Source of the DNA: Parcubacteria group bacterium
GTDB taxonomy: Bacteria; Patescibacteriota; Minisyncoccia; Moranbacterales; UBA2206
DNA: 64,000 nt
Assembly: GCA_041664225.1 (NCBI GenBank)
Contig: JBAYLE010000001.1
Location: forward strand, 132,939 to 196,938
Direction: 5' to 3'
The position numbers and the translations under genes are program-made. Positions 18,478 through 27,663 of the stretch are shown piece by piece. Under the pieces are notes generated by a model. The model saw only the letters and a program-made list of their open reading frames with translations, made no database searches and was not told the DNA's origin. How positions within the stretch are numbered: the stretch's first letter is position 1; each line of letters begins with the position of its first letter.

Positions 18478-18792
18478 ATGGAAATAATATTTACCGATCA
18501 AAATTTTGATCAAGAAGTTATTAAAAGCGATAAGCCGGTGCTGGTGGATTTTTGGGCGCCATGGTGCGGACCTTGCCAGATGATGGGGCCGATTATCGAG
18601 GAATTATCCAAAGATATGGAAGGTAAAGCGAAAGTCGGTAAGCTTAATGTCGATGAACATTCTGAAACGGCGCAAAAATTCGGTATAATGTCCATTCCGG
18701 CACTTAAAATCTTTAAAGATGGACGGGTTGTTAAAGAATTTGTAGGGGTACAAAATAAGGATGTTTTGAAAGAAGCACTGGAAAAAGCTTAA
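18478..18792 (+). CDS. trxA: Thioredoxin
   Basis: DFWAPWCGPC, SIP. Confidence 0.97.
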   Translation: MEIIFTDQNFDQEVIKSDKPVLVDFWAPWCGPCQMMGPIIEELSKDMEGKAKVGKLNVDEHSETAQKFGIMSIPALKIFKDGRVVKEFVGVQNKDVLKEALEKA

Positions 18793-18808
18793 TTATTTTT
18801 TATATACT

Positions 18809-19726
18809 ATGGAAAAGATATATGATTTGCTCATAATCGGTGCCGGTCCGGCTGGTTTGGGAGCGTCTATTTATGCATCGCGCTATAAATTGGATCACGT
18901 TGTGCTGGGTGATGAAATCGGGGGACAAGTAGTGGAGGCTTCAGAAATTGAAAATTGGGCAGGAGAAGTTTCGATTCCCGGAAAAACGCTGATGGAAAAA
19001 TTCCAGCATCACGCGCATCATTTGGGGGCTAAAATTATTCAATCTGATGTCTCATCCGTTTCTAAAACCGATGCAGGATTTGAAGTAGTGGCGGGAAATG
19101 AAAAATATTTGGCCAAAACTATTATTCTAGCTTTAGGCATGAAAGCGCGCAAAATGAATGTGCCGGGCGAAGATAAGTTTGTGGGTAAAGGCGTATCGTA
19201 CTGCGCGACTTGCGATGCGATGTTTTTTCGCGGGAAAGACGTGGTGGTAGTCGGCGGGGGAGACGCGGCGGCGACGGCGGCGATTCATCTCAGTGAATTC
19301 GCGAGGAAAGTTTCTCTTCTTTATCGTGATGCCTCCAATTGGGAACCTTCTTGGGAAGAGCAACTGGACAAATTAAATGTAGAAAAAATTTCTTGCACGA
19401 ATATCAAAGAAATAAAAGGAGATCAGAAAGTGACGGGGATTGTTTATGAAATTGCCGATGGAGAAAAAGAACTTTCTGTTCAAGGAGTATTTATTGAAGT
19501 TGGTACAACGCCGGGCGTGGCGGTGGCACAAAGTTTAGGCGTGGCTCTGGATGAACAAAGTTATATTATTGTTGACCAGACGCAAGCGACAAACATTGAA
19601 AATGTTTACGCGGCGGGCGACGTCACCACCGGCTCCAACAAATTCCGCCAAATTATTACCGCTGTGGCCGAAGGGGCGGTGGCGGCCGGAAGTTTGTATC
19701 GGAAGTTAAAACTTACGAAAAAATAA
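18809..19726 (+). CDS. trxB: Thioredoxin reductase
   Basis: IIGAGPAG, GVSYCATCDA, VVGGGD, AAGDV. Confidence 0.92.
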   Translation: MEKIYDLLIIGAGPAGLGASIYASRYKLDHVVLGDEIGGQVVEASEIENWAGEVSIPGKTLMEKFQHHAHHLGAKIIQSDVSSVSKTDAGFEVVAGNEKYLAKTIILALGMKARKMNVPGEDKFVGKGVSYCATCDAMFFRGKDVVVVGGGDAAATAAIHLSEFARKVSLLYRDASNWEPSWEEQLDKLNVEKISCTNIKEIKGDQKVTGIVYEIADGEKELSVQGVFIEVGTTPGVAVAQSLGVALDEQSYIIVDQTQATNIENVYAAGDVTTGSNKFRQIITAVAEGAVAAGSLYRKLKLTKK

Positions 19727-19728
19727 TA

Positions 19729-19947
19729 TTTCCACTTTCTTTTGGCAGCAAAAGAAAGTGGAGAAAAAAAACTGCCGGCACAGGCTCGTGCTGGCTGAAT
19801 TTCTAATCTGGCTCGCTAAAATTTATACGCTCGCGGCGAGCTATGATAAATTTCTTAACGTTCGCCAGCTTGAAATTCAGAAATGCACTTCGCAATGTGC
19901 GGGAATCTGGTTTGATTACCAAGAAGTAGAATATTTCGCATGCTCGA
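19729..19947. repeat. Structured repeated element, copy 1
   Basis: 19729-19902 matches 52301-52474 with 5 mismatches in 174 nt; a second conserved block at 19931-19947. Confidence 0.9.
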
Positions 19948-20036
19948 TTTATTTATAAAGTTAGTTTTTTTGAAAAATAAAAAGACCACCAAACGCTGAT
20001 TATACGAGCGAGTGGTGGCGGATACTGGATTCGCAG

Positions 20037-20219
20037 CTATTTTTTGAGATAATTGATTGCTGCTGTGAGAGAGATAAGTCCGCAAAGAACTGCTAATCCT
20101 CCACAAACGGAGTTCATCGCAAAGCCGGAAAATATTGCTGTTAAGACAAAGCCAATGATGATTCCTTTTGCTTCGTTTTCGATTACCATCCCAACATCTG
20201 TCGGTCTTTTGTATGGCAT
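20037..20219 (-). CDS. Small membrane protein (60 aa, ORFan)
   Basis: MPYKRPT... with two hydrophobic helices; AAGGAG SD; own promoter. Confidence 0.65.
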   Translation of the reverse strand: MPYKRPTDVGMVIENEAKGIIIGFVLTAIFSGFAMNSVCGGLAVLCGLISLTAAINYLKK

Positions 20220-20277
20220 ATTATTCTCCTTGTAAGGAAATTTTTGCATAGAATAACGCTGTACTCCATGATCTGTT

Positions 20278-20306
20278 ATTATACTCCAAAACAACCCAAA
20301 AGTCAA
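20278..20306 (-). promoter_or_regulatory. Sigma70-type promoter
   Basis: Minus strand TTGACT-17-TATAAT. Confidence 0.75.
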
Positions 20307-20374
20307 TAACTGGTGTGTAATAGATAAATTTTGCTTTAAATAAGCTTAAAAATAGCACAAAAGAAAAAAAGATT

Positions 20375-21505
20375 ATGAATTCGATAGAATTATCCAAAAA
20401 ATTAGGAGGGAAAATTGAAGTTAGAAGTAAGCAGAAACTGACTAAGCAGAATCTGCCGGTTTTGTATACGCCGGGGGTGGCGGATGTTTCCATGGCCATC
20501 GCGAAAAATAAAAAATTGGCTTTTGAGTATACAATTAAAAAAAATACGGTGGCGGTGATTTCGGATGGCAGCGCGGTTTTGGGTTTGGGCAACATCGGGC
20601 CGGAAGCGGCTTTGCCGGTAATGGAGGGAAAGTGTTTACTATTCAAAGAACTGGCAGGCGTGGATGCATTTCCGATTGTGCTTGCGACGCAGGACACGGA
20701 AGAAATAATCAAAATTATAAAAGCCATCGCGCCGACATTTGGCGGAATAAATTTGGAAGATATTTCAGCGCCGAGATGTTTTGAAATTGAGGAGAGATTA
20801 AAAAAAGAATTGGACATCCCGGTTTTTCATGATGACCAGCATGGGACGGCGATTGTGGTCTTGGCGGGGCTTATTAATGCTTTGAAAGTTGTCAAGAAAG
20901 ATATTAAAAAAATAAAAATAGTGATTTCCGGCGCTGGCGCGGCGGGCATCGCGATTACTAAACTTTTGATAAAATACGGCGCCAAAAATATTATTTTAGT
21001 CGATAGCCAGGGGATAATCCACAAAGAGCGAAAAATCGGCATGAATATGGCGAAGGTGGAAATTGCGCATCTTACCAATCACAAAGGACAAGGCGGCACG
21101 CTTCGCGACGCTTTGGCTGGAGCAGATGTTTTTATCGGCGTTTCGGCGCCGAATATTTTGACCAAAGACGATGTGCGGAAAATGAATAAAAAGCCCATTG
21201 TTTTCACTATGAGTAATCCAGTTCCGGAAATCAGCCCCGAAGAAGCCAAGAAGGGCGGAGCTTTTATTGTTGCTACTGGCAGTTCAAAATATCCCAACCA
21301 AATCAATAATGTCCTGGTGTTTCCGGGAATTTTTCGCGGGGCGCTGGACACACGAACGAAAAGGATAACCGACGAGCACAAATTAAAGGCGGCCAAGGCT
21401 ATTGCCGCTCTGGTCAAAACGCCAACTTGTGATAAGATAATACCAGAAGCATTAAATAAACAAGTGGCAAAAAAAGTTGCCAGTGTGTTTAAAAAACAAA
21501 TATGA
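20375..21505 (+). CDS. NAD(P)-dependent malic enzyme
   Basis: YTPGVA, DGSAVLGLG, NLEDISAP, FHDDQHGTA, GAGAAG, NQINN. Confidence 0.95.
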   Translation: MNSIELSKKLGGKIEVRSKQKLTKQNLPVLYTPGVADVSMAIAKNKKLAFEYTIKKNTVAVISDGSAVLGLGNIGPEAALPVMEGKCLLFKELAGVDAFPIVLATQDTEEIIKIIKAIAPTFGGINLEDISAPRCFEIEERLKKELDIPVFHDDQHGTAIVVLAGLINALKVVKKDIKKIKIVISGAGAAGIAITKLLIKYGAKNIILVDSQGIIHKERKIGMNMAKVEIAHLTNHKGQGGTLRDALAGADVFIGVSAPNILTKDDVRKMNKKPIVFTMSNPVPEISPEEAKKGGAFIVATGSSKYPNQINNVLVFPGIFRGALDTRTKRITDEHKLKAAKAIAALVKTPTCDKIIPEALNKQVAKKVASVFKKQI

Positions 21506-21942
21506 AAATTTATAAACAAAACATAGAAATAAAAAGCACCAGTCAGATGGAGTTTGTTGATATCACTAATCAGGTTGATGAAGTGGTTTCCAGCTCTGGC
21601 ATCAGAGAAGGCCAGACTCTGGTTTACTCCCCTCACACTTCGGCCAGCATTGTCGTGAATCACAATGAGCCGATGCTGATCCAGGATTTTATGCGGATTT
21701 TGTACAGACTGGTGCCGGTGAGCGACCGTTATTCCCACGACTTATTTGAAATCGGACGGTCAAAAACATCTGACGGACGGAGCAATGGCCACTCGCACTG
21801 CAAAGCGATGCTTTTGGGAGTGAGCGAAACAGTGCCAGTTGAAAAGGGCAAACTGTTGCTAACAGAGAAGCAAAATATCTTCATGGTAGAAATGGATGGA
21901 GCTCGAACCAGGAATATTATCGTTCAAGTTATTGGATTATGA
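21502..21942 (+). CDS. YjbQ/UPF0047 family protein
   Basis: FVDIT, HTSASI, NGHSH, EMDG motifs. Confidence 0.85.
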   Translation: MKIYKQNIEIKSTSQMEFVDITNQVDEVVSSSGIREGQTLVYSPHTSASIVVNHNEPMLIQDFMRILYRLVPVSDRYSHDLFEIGRSKTSDGRSNGHSHCKAMLLGVSETVPVEKGKLLLTEKQNIFMVEMDGARTRNIIVQVIGL

Positions 21943-22556
21943 GCAAATTAGTCAATGATCTGATACAAAAAGGTTATCTCAAAAGCGATTCGATTATCGA
22001 CGCATTTTCCGAAATCAGCCGGATGGAATTTGTCCCGAAGGAATTAGAGTTGGAAGCCGAGGAGGATATCGCTTTGCCAATTGGGTATGGGCAGACTATA
22101 TCACAACCGTTGGTGGTGGCCTTTATGTTTGAACTTCTGGAGCCGCAAAAAGGACAAAAAATATTGGATATTGGCAGTGGATCAGGTTGGACAACTTCGC
22201 TATTGGCTTATGTAGTGGGGACAGAAGGCAATGTAATCGGCATTGAGAGAATAAAAGAACTTAAGGATTTTGGAGAAAAAAACGCGGACAAATTTGGCTT
22301 TGTTAAGAAAGGCATTGCGGAATTTGTTGGCGGCGATGGTAGTTTGGGCTTTCCTGAAAAAGCGCCCTATGATCGAATTTTAGTGTCAGCAGTTTCATAT
22401 GAAGTGCCGGAAGTCTTGAAAAATCAATTAAAAGTAGGCGGAAAATTAGTCATGCCGATTCGCAACAGCATAATTTACCTTGAAAAGAAAGGAGAAAATG
22501 ATTTTTACAAGGAAGAATTTCCCGGCTTTTATTTTGTGCCATTGGTCATAAATTAA
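21939..22556 (+). CDS. pcm: Protein-L-isoaspartate O-methyltransferase
   Basis: LPIGYGQTISQP, LDIGSGSGW, APYDRI, FVPL. Confidence 0.95.
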   Translation: MSKLVNDLIQKGYLKSDSIIDAFSEISRMEFVPKELELEAEEDIALPIGYGQTISQPLVVAFMFELLEPQKGQKILDIGSGSGWTTSLLAYVVGTEGNVIGIERIKELKDFGEKNADKFGFVKKGIAEFVGGDGSLGFPEKAPYDRILVSAVSYEVPEVLKNQLKVGGKLVMPIRNSIIYLEKKGENDFYKEEFPGFYFVPLVIN

Positions 22557-22575
22557 ATATATTTTTTTTAAATAA

Positions 22576-23583
22576 ATGTTAAGAAGAATGATAATTGCAG
22601 CAGCGGTGGTGGTTGCCTTGATCGGCAGTCTTTTTTATTTTAATCACCAGGTTGGTTTTTCGCACGGAAGTTATACGCAGAATAAGATTTTTAAAATTGT
22701 TAAGGGTGATGGCAATACTACAGTCGGAAAAAATTTGGAAAAAGACGGATTAATTTCTAATGATTGGTATTTTTATTATTATGTCCGCTCACACGGCCTT
22801 TTAAGCAAGCTTTATCCGGGTGAATATCTTTTGAGTGGCAATATGACTATTCCGGAAATTGCGGCTATCATTACTAACCCCCAAAAAGTTTATGAGCGAG
22901 TTACTTTCATCGAGGGCTGGACCGCCAAACAATTTGCGGAAGAATTGAGCAGCTATGGTTTTGGCGGCGATGCTTTCTTGGCTTTGGTTAAAAATCCGCC
23001 GGCTGAAATTGTTTCTCAATTTAAGGTTTTTTCCGACAAACCGAAAGACGCGGCACTTGAAGGTTATCTTTTCCCTGACACTTATTATTTTTCCAAAGAA
23101 GCGACTCCAGAGGGAATTCTCAAAAAAATTCTTCAGAATACAGACACACAGTTGAGCACAGATATTTCTAGCATCGCCAAAGCACAAAATAAATCGCTTT
23201 TTCAGATTTTGATTATGGCCAGTATCATTGAAAAGGAAGTGAAGACTGATGCGGACCGAGTGCTAGTCTCTGGAATTTTTTGGAACCGAATCAAGATTGG
23301 GCAAGCTTTGCAGAGCGACGCGACTCTGACCTATATTTTAGGTGACAAAGACGCGGCTCACAGTGGAGCGCAGTTGGCGACTGATTCTCCGTATAATTCC
23401 TACCAAAACAAGGGTCTGCCGCCCGGGCCGATTTCCAATCCGGGGTTGGCTTCGATCATCGCGGCCATCCATCCGCAAGACTCGGCCTATAATTATTTTT
23501 TAAGCGACCTAAAAACTGGTCAAACAATTTTTTCCAAAACATACGACGAACATCTGGTGAACAAAGCGAAATATGGATTATGA
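22576..23583 (+). CDS. mltG: Endolytic transglycosylase
   Basis: LEGYLFPDTY, ASIIEKE, LQSDAT, SPYNSY, GLPPGPISNPG. Confidence 0.95.
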   Translation: MLRRMIIAAAVVVALIGSLFYFNHQVGFSHGSYTQNKIFKIVKGDGNTTVGKNLEKDGLISNDWYFYYYVRSHGLLSKLYPGEYLLSGNMTIPEIAAIITNPQKVYERVTFIEGWTAKQFAEELSSYGFGGDAFLALVKNPPAEIVSQFKVFSDKPKDAALEGYLFPDTYYFSKEATPEGILKKILQNTDTQLSTDISSIAKAQNKSLFQILIMASIIEKEVKTDADRVLVSGIFWNRIKIGQALQSDATLTYILGDKDAAHSGAQLATDSPYNSYQNKGLPPGPISNPGLASIIAAIHPQDSAYNYFLSDLKTGQTIFSKTYDEHLVNKAKYGL

Positions 23584-24518
23584 AAAAACTAAATGGGGTA
23601 ATCAGTGCTCAGCAATTTGACCGAGAAACACTCGAGGCGGTTTTTTTGATTGCTGATGAAATGAAAAAAAATCCTGATCCGGAACTGCTCAAAGGTAAAA
23701 TCATGGGCAGTCTTTTTTATGAACCCAGCACGCGTACTCGCTGGAGTTTTGAGATTGCCATGCTGAAGCTGGGAGGCCTGTGTATCAGCACGGAAAGTGC
23801 GGGAATTTTTTCTTCGGCTGCCAAGGGAGAAAGTTTGGAAGATACGATCCGCGTTCTTAGCGGATATCCGATTGATTTGTTGACGCTTCGCTACAACAAA
23901 AAAGGCGGAGCGGAGCGAGCCGAAAAATTTTCTCGCGTGCCCGTGATCAATGCCGGCGATGGCAATGGGCAGCATCCGACGCAGGCGCTTCTCGATCTCT
24001 ATACGATTCGACAAAAATATCCAAAGATCAGCGGACTAAAAATCGCCATGATGGGCGATTTAGCCAATGGGAGAACGGTAAGGTCGCTGTGCTATTTTTT
24101 GGCGAAACATTTTCCGGACAATGAAATTTATTTTATTTCGCCCGAGGCAGTCAAAATGCAAGATGATATCAAGGAATATTTGGACAAGCACGGCGCGAAG
24201 TGGCAAGAGCTTTTTGAAATTACACCGGAGATTATTGCGAAAATGAATGTTATTTATCAGACGCGCATTCAAAAAGAAAGATTTCAAGAAAATATCAGTC
24301 TTTTTGAGGAAGTTTCCAAGGCGAGTGAAATGTTTATGATTGGCGAGGATTTTGTCGAACAAATGGACAAGGATGGGATAATTCTCCATCCGCTTCCGCG
24401 TATCAATGAAATCGCTTATGCTGTGGACAAAGATCCGCGCGCTTGTTATTTTCAGCAAGCCTGGAACGGAGTTTATGTCCGCATGGCCCTACTTAAGATG
24501 ATTTTGATCGGATATTAA
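23580..24518 (+). CDS. pyrB: Aspartate carbamoyltransferase catalytic subunit
   Basis: FYEPSTRTR, NAGDG..HPTQALLD, TRIQKER, HPLPR. Confidence 0.96.
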   Translation: MKKLNGVISAQQFDRETLEAVFLIADEMKKNPDPELLKGKIMGSLFYEPSTRTRWSFEIAMLKLGGLCISTESAGIFSSAAKGESLEDTIRVLSGYPIDLLTLRYNKKGGAERAEKFSRVPVINAGDGNGQHPTQALLDLYTIRQKYPKISGLKIAMMGDLANGRTVRSLCYFLAKHFPDNEIYFISPEAVKMQDDIKEYLDKHGAKWQELFEITPEIIAKMNVIYQTRIQKERFQENISLFEEVSKASEMFMIGEDFVEQMDKDGIILHPLPRINEIAYAVDKDPRACYFQQAWNGVYVRMALLKMILIGY

Positions 24519-24534
24519 CTTTTGGAAAAAAATT

Positions 24535-24562
24535 CAGGGCTTGCGTCGCGGCGCAAGCCCTG
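24535..24562. terminator. Hairpin between convergent pyrB and pyrK-D
   Basis: cagggcttgcg-tcgcgg-cgcaagccctg. Confidence 0.7.
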
Positions 24563-24588
24563 TGTGTTTCTAGTTTCTGTAGAAATAG

Positions 24589-26379
24589 CTAATAAAGAAC
24601 AACTTTTCCAACCAGGTCCTTGATGTTTGAGACTTTGTGATATTTTACAAAGTCTTTGAGTCCCTGGCAGATTTCTCTGAAGATCTTCGGATTCTTGAAA
24701 GAACCAGTTCCGCACTGGACAGCGCTGGCTCCAGCCAGAATATAATTCATGGCGCTTCGGGCATCGGTTATTCCTCCAATTCCGATGATTGGCAGTCCCA
24801 GTTCGGCTTGGGCGACCTCAAAGACCTTGAGAACATTAATCGGCAATATTGCTGGGCCGGAAAGACCTCCAGTATTGCCACCGAGGCATGGCCGCAGAGT
24901 ATACGGGTCGATTAACATCCCTGGGTAGGTATTAGCGATTGATAGCGCGTCTGCCCCTCCGTTTAATGCTCCAAGCGCAATAGCTGCTATATCCTGAGCT
25001 TTGGGTGAAAGTTTGACAATAAGATATAGTCCCGGCGCGCTGTCTCGTACTTCGCGAACAACTTCACGTGTTGATTTGGTATTTAGAGAAAAAATCTTTC
25101 CTCCTTCTTTGTTGTTTGGGCATGAGATATTGACCTCGATGAATTTGAAGCCGGCTTTTTCAAGGGCCGCTGCCAGATCTACGAACTCCTTTACGGAATT
25201 GCCGCTGATGTTGAGTATGACTTTTCGGCCAGTTTTTTGGATCATGTCAATAATCATAGGGGCAATTGACAGGAACTCCTCGAGCCCCATGTTTTTGAGT
25301 CCGATGGAGTTGAGCATGCCTGAGGGAGTTTCGCATATTCTTGGACCCTTGTTTCCTTGGCGTCTAAGTGTTGTCAGTCCTTTAAATACATGAGCGCCGA
25401 TTCCGTATTCATCAGTAGGCCCGTTGTTGATACTGTCGAGCACATAGCATCCGGAGGCTGTCATTATAGGGAAATCGAGTTCTAAATTAAGCGACTGGCC
25501 CCAGAGTTCTGTTTTGAGCGGGTCTATTTTTTTTGCTCCGATCCTCTCTTCTGATGATTCAATTGTTATTTTGGGCGGTATGAGTGCTTTCCAGTCTATT
25601 TCGGAAGCATTGAAGAATGGTCCTTCGGTGCACACGCTCTTATAAATCTTATTGCCAGCCTCGTCTTTCTGTGTGGTCGGAATATCGCATCCCATGCAGC
25701 TTCCAATTCCGCAGGCCATCATCTCTTCGAGAGAAACATAACACTGATTTTTGTATTCTTCACAAATCTCGGCGACTTTCTTGAGCATTGGCCTTGGACC
25801 GCAGGCGATTACCACAGACTGACCAGCATCTTCTTTGAGTGCATCTTCCAATAGATGTGTCACCAGATTTCTTTCACAGAGAGCATCTTCACAGATAGTC
25901 TGAGTGGAACAGGTTTTGGCGTTAAAACGCCATTTGCAAAATAACTGGCCTTCGTCTTTGCCTCCGAAAAGCGCAAGTGTTTTTATGACCATTTCGTCAA
26001 GTTTTTTGGCGATGGGCATTAGGGCTGCGATACCAGTTACTCCGCCGACAAGAATAACCCTTTTCCATGATTTTTCCGCGGCAAATGGTTTGCCTAGCGG
26101 TCCGATGAGCTTGATCTTATCTCCCTCTCTCAGTTCCGATAACTTTTTAGTATTTTCACCAACAACCTTAATATAAAAAGTTATTTCATTGTCTTTGCAA
26201 TCAGCCGCAGTAAATGGTCGGGGCATTTGTGAGGATGATTCGGGGATGATCTTGTAAAACTGACCAGCTTTCGGTTTTTGCTTTTCGGCCCAAATTACCA
26301 ATTCGTAAATTCTCGAGCCAATCTGAGTTTCTCTATTTGATATTACTTCTGTAGTAAAAAACTTTCTTTTTTTCTTCAT
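24589..26379 (-). CDS. Fused dihydroorotate dehydrogenase electron-transfer subunit (PyrK) and catalytic subunit (PyrD, family 1B)
   Basis: N-half RPFT, GPLG, ACGP and CGIGSCMGC...VCTEGP [2Fe-2S]; C-half NSIGL, NISCPN, KLSP, GGLSG, GIGGI; start at MKKKRK after AGGAGG. Confidence 0.9.
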   Translation of the reverse strand: MKKKRKFFTTEVISNRETQIGSRIYELVIWAEKQKPKAGQFYKIIPESSSQMPRPFTAADCKDNEITFYIKVVGENTKKLSELREGDKIKLIGPLGKPFAAEKSWKRVILVGGVTGIAALMPIAKKLDEMVIKTLALFGGKDEGQLFCKWRFNAKTCSTQTICEDALCERNLVTHLLEDALKEDAGQSVVIACGPRPMLKKVAEICEEYKNQCYVSLEEMMACGIGSCMGCDIPTTQKDEAGNKIYKSVCTEGPFFNASEIDWKALIPPKITIESSEERIGAKKIDPLKTELWGQSLNLELDFPIMTASGCYVLDSINNGPTDEYGIGAHVFKGLTTLRRQGNKGPRICETPSGMLNSIGLKNMGLEEFLSIAPMIIDMIQKTGRKVILNISGNSVKEFVDLAAALEKAGFKFIEVNISCPNNKEGGKIFSLNTKSTREVVREVRDSAPGLYLIVKLSPKAQDIAAIALGALNGGADALSIANTYPGMLIDPYTLRPCLGGNTGGLSGPAILPINVLKVFEVAQAELGLPIIGIGGITDARSAMNYILAGASAVQCGTGSFKNPKIFREICQGLKDFVKYHKVSNIKDLVGKVVLY

Positions 26380-26390
26380 TTTGCCTCCTA

Positions 26391-27476
26391 TCAGTTTTTT
26401 GGGAACAACAATTTTGATCCGTTCCATGGGTTTAAAACTATTTCATTGTTATATTGGATGTCATCGACCCGTTCTTCAAGCTCGTATTCAACTAACTCAT
26501 TCGAAACGGGAATCTCAAGAAATCTGCTGGCGTTGAATGATAAGAGATTTGCAACCTGTTCATCAGAAAGACCGAGTTGGTGGGCGAGGGTGCAGATGAC
26601 AGCGACCATTTCCTGATTAGAGGGTAAGCCCCCGAGCATTTGAAGTAGCTTTTCTTCCTTTGTGTGGTTAGCGTTGTCAGAACTGATAATAATCAGAGGA
26701 TTATCCAGGGCCAGAAGGCTGATCAAAAACAGACGATGTTTGGATGGGCGCAGATTATTGAAGCACTTGTAGAAAACCGGATCAATGTTTGGGTTCCAGT
26801 TTGTCCGGTCGGCATCGAACCAAAGATAATGTGGACATAGCTCCAAAACTATTTGCATGCCTTGTCTTTGGGCTTCCAAGATAATCATGGCGCTCTCAAT
26901 GCAAGAGACATGGCAGATAATGATTTTCACGCCTGGAACTTTGCGTGCCAGAGAGATTATTTTTCTCACATATGACACTTCGGCTTCAATGGGGTTGCCC
27001 TTGAGGCGTGCGATAATGTATGGGTCATCGCAGTGGCAGGCTATCGCCTTGTTTACTGCTCTGGCCATATACATGGCTCCGAGGATCGTATGATCATACA
27101 TTACGCCAATTGTTCCCGTGGTTACAGATGTTCCGTCGTCTTTCTTGGGGTAGACTTTGCCGCCGAGAATCCAAGGTATTTCAAGAGCTTTTTGAAATTC
27201 ACCCGGGTTGTAATCTGTCAGACCGAACCACAGGTACTGTGGCGGTAAATCAAATTCAATCTGCGCGTCAGTTTGTAGCCCGTGATATTCCGTACAGGCA
27301 GGAACGGAAGTAAGCGGTTCGATAGTATTAGGCATGGCGGCCGAAATTGAAATCAGCCCGCGCTTGGCTTCCAGCATCGTTTGTCGAACAGTTGTTTTGC
27401 TTCTCTGTTTGAGGTCACGTTTGTGACAGTGAAGGTCGATAAGATCTTTTGGAAAACGTCTTTTAATTTTTTTCAT
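26391..27476 (-). CDS. pyrC: Dihydroorotase (divergent amidohydrolase)
   Basis: DLHCHKRD, AMPNT, CHVS, ELCPHYL, SSDNANH; co-oriented with pyrK-D. Confidence 0.82.
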   Translation of the reverse strand: MKKIKRRFPKDLIDLHCHKRDLKQRSKTTVRQTMLEAKRGLISISAAMPNTIEPLTSVPACTEYHGLQTDAQIEFDLPPQYLWFGLTDYNPGEFQKALEIPWILGGKVYPKKDDGTSVTTGTIGVMYDHTILGAMYMARAVNKAIACHCDDPYIIARLKGNPIEAEVSYVRKIISLARKVPGVKIIICHVSCIESAMIILEAQRQGMQIVLELCPHYLWFDADRTNWNPNIDPVFYKCFNNLRPSKHRLFLISLLALDNPLIIISSDNANHTKEEKLLQMLGGLPSNQEMVAVICTLAHQLGLSDEQVANLLSFNASRFLEIPVSNELVEYELEERVDDIQYNNEIVLNPWNGSKLLFPKN

Positions 27477-27663
27477 CCAGAATCTCCTTTTCTTTCTGAT
27501 ATTCTATAAAAACCTCATCGAGGTTTTATTTTTAAAAGAATCTTCAAAACTGTCTTAACTTTTTCTAGCACACTAATTTAAAAGCGCCAACCCTTGACAA
27601 AAACCAATGATATGTGCTAATCTAATTTGACATAAATTTAAATTGTTTAACGTTTTTAAAAAT

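Noticed and set aside
19758-19958. 66-aa ORF in the repeated element, and the dusB extension to 52353
   Set aside because: Both read through the non-coding repeat; dusB similarity begins at MKNFWKK.
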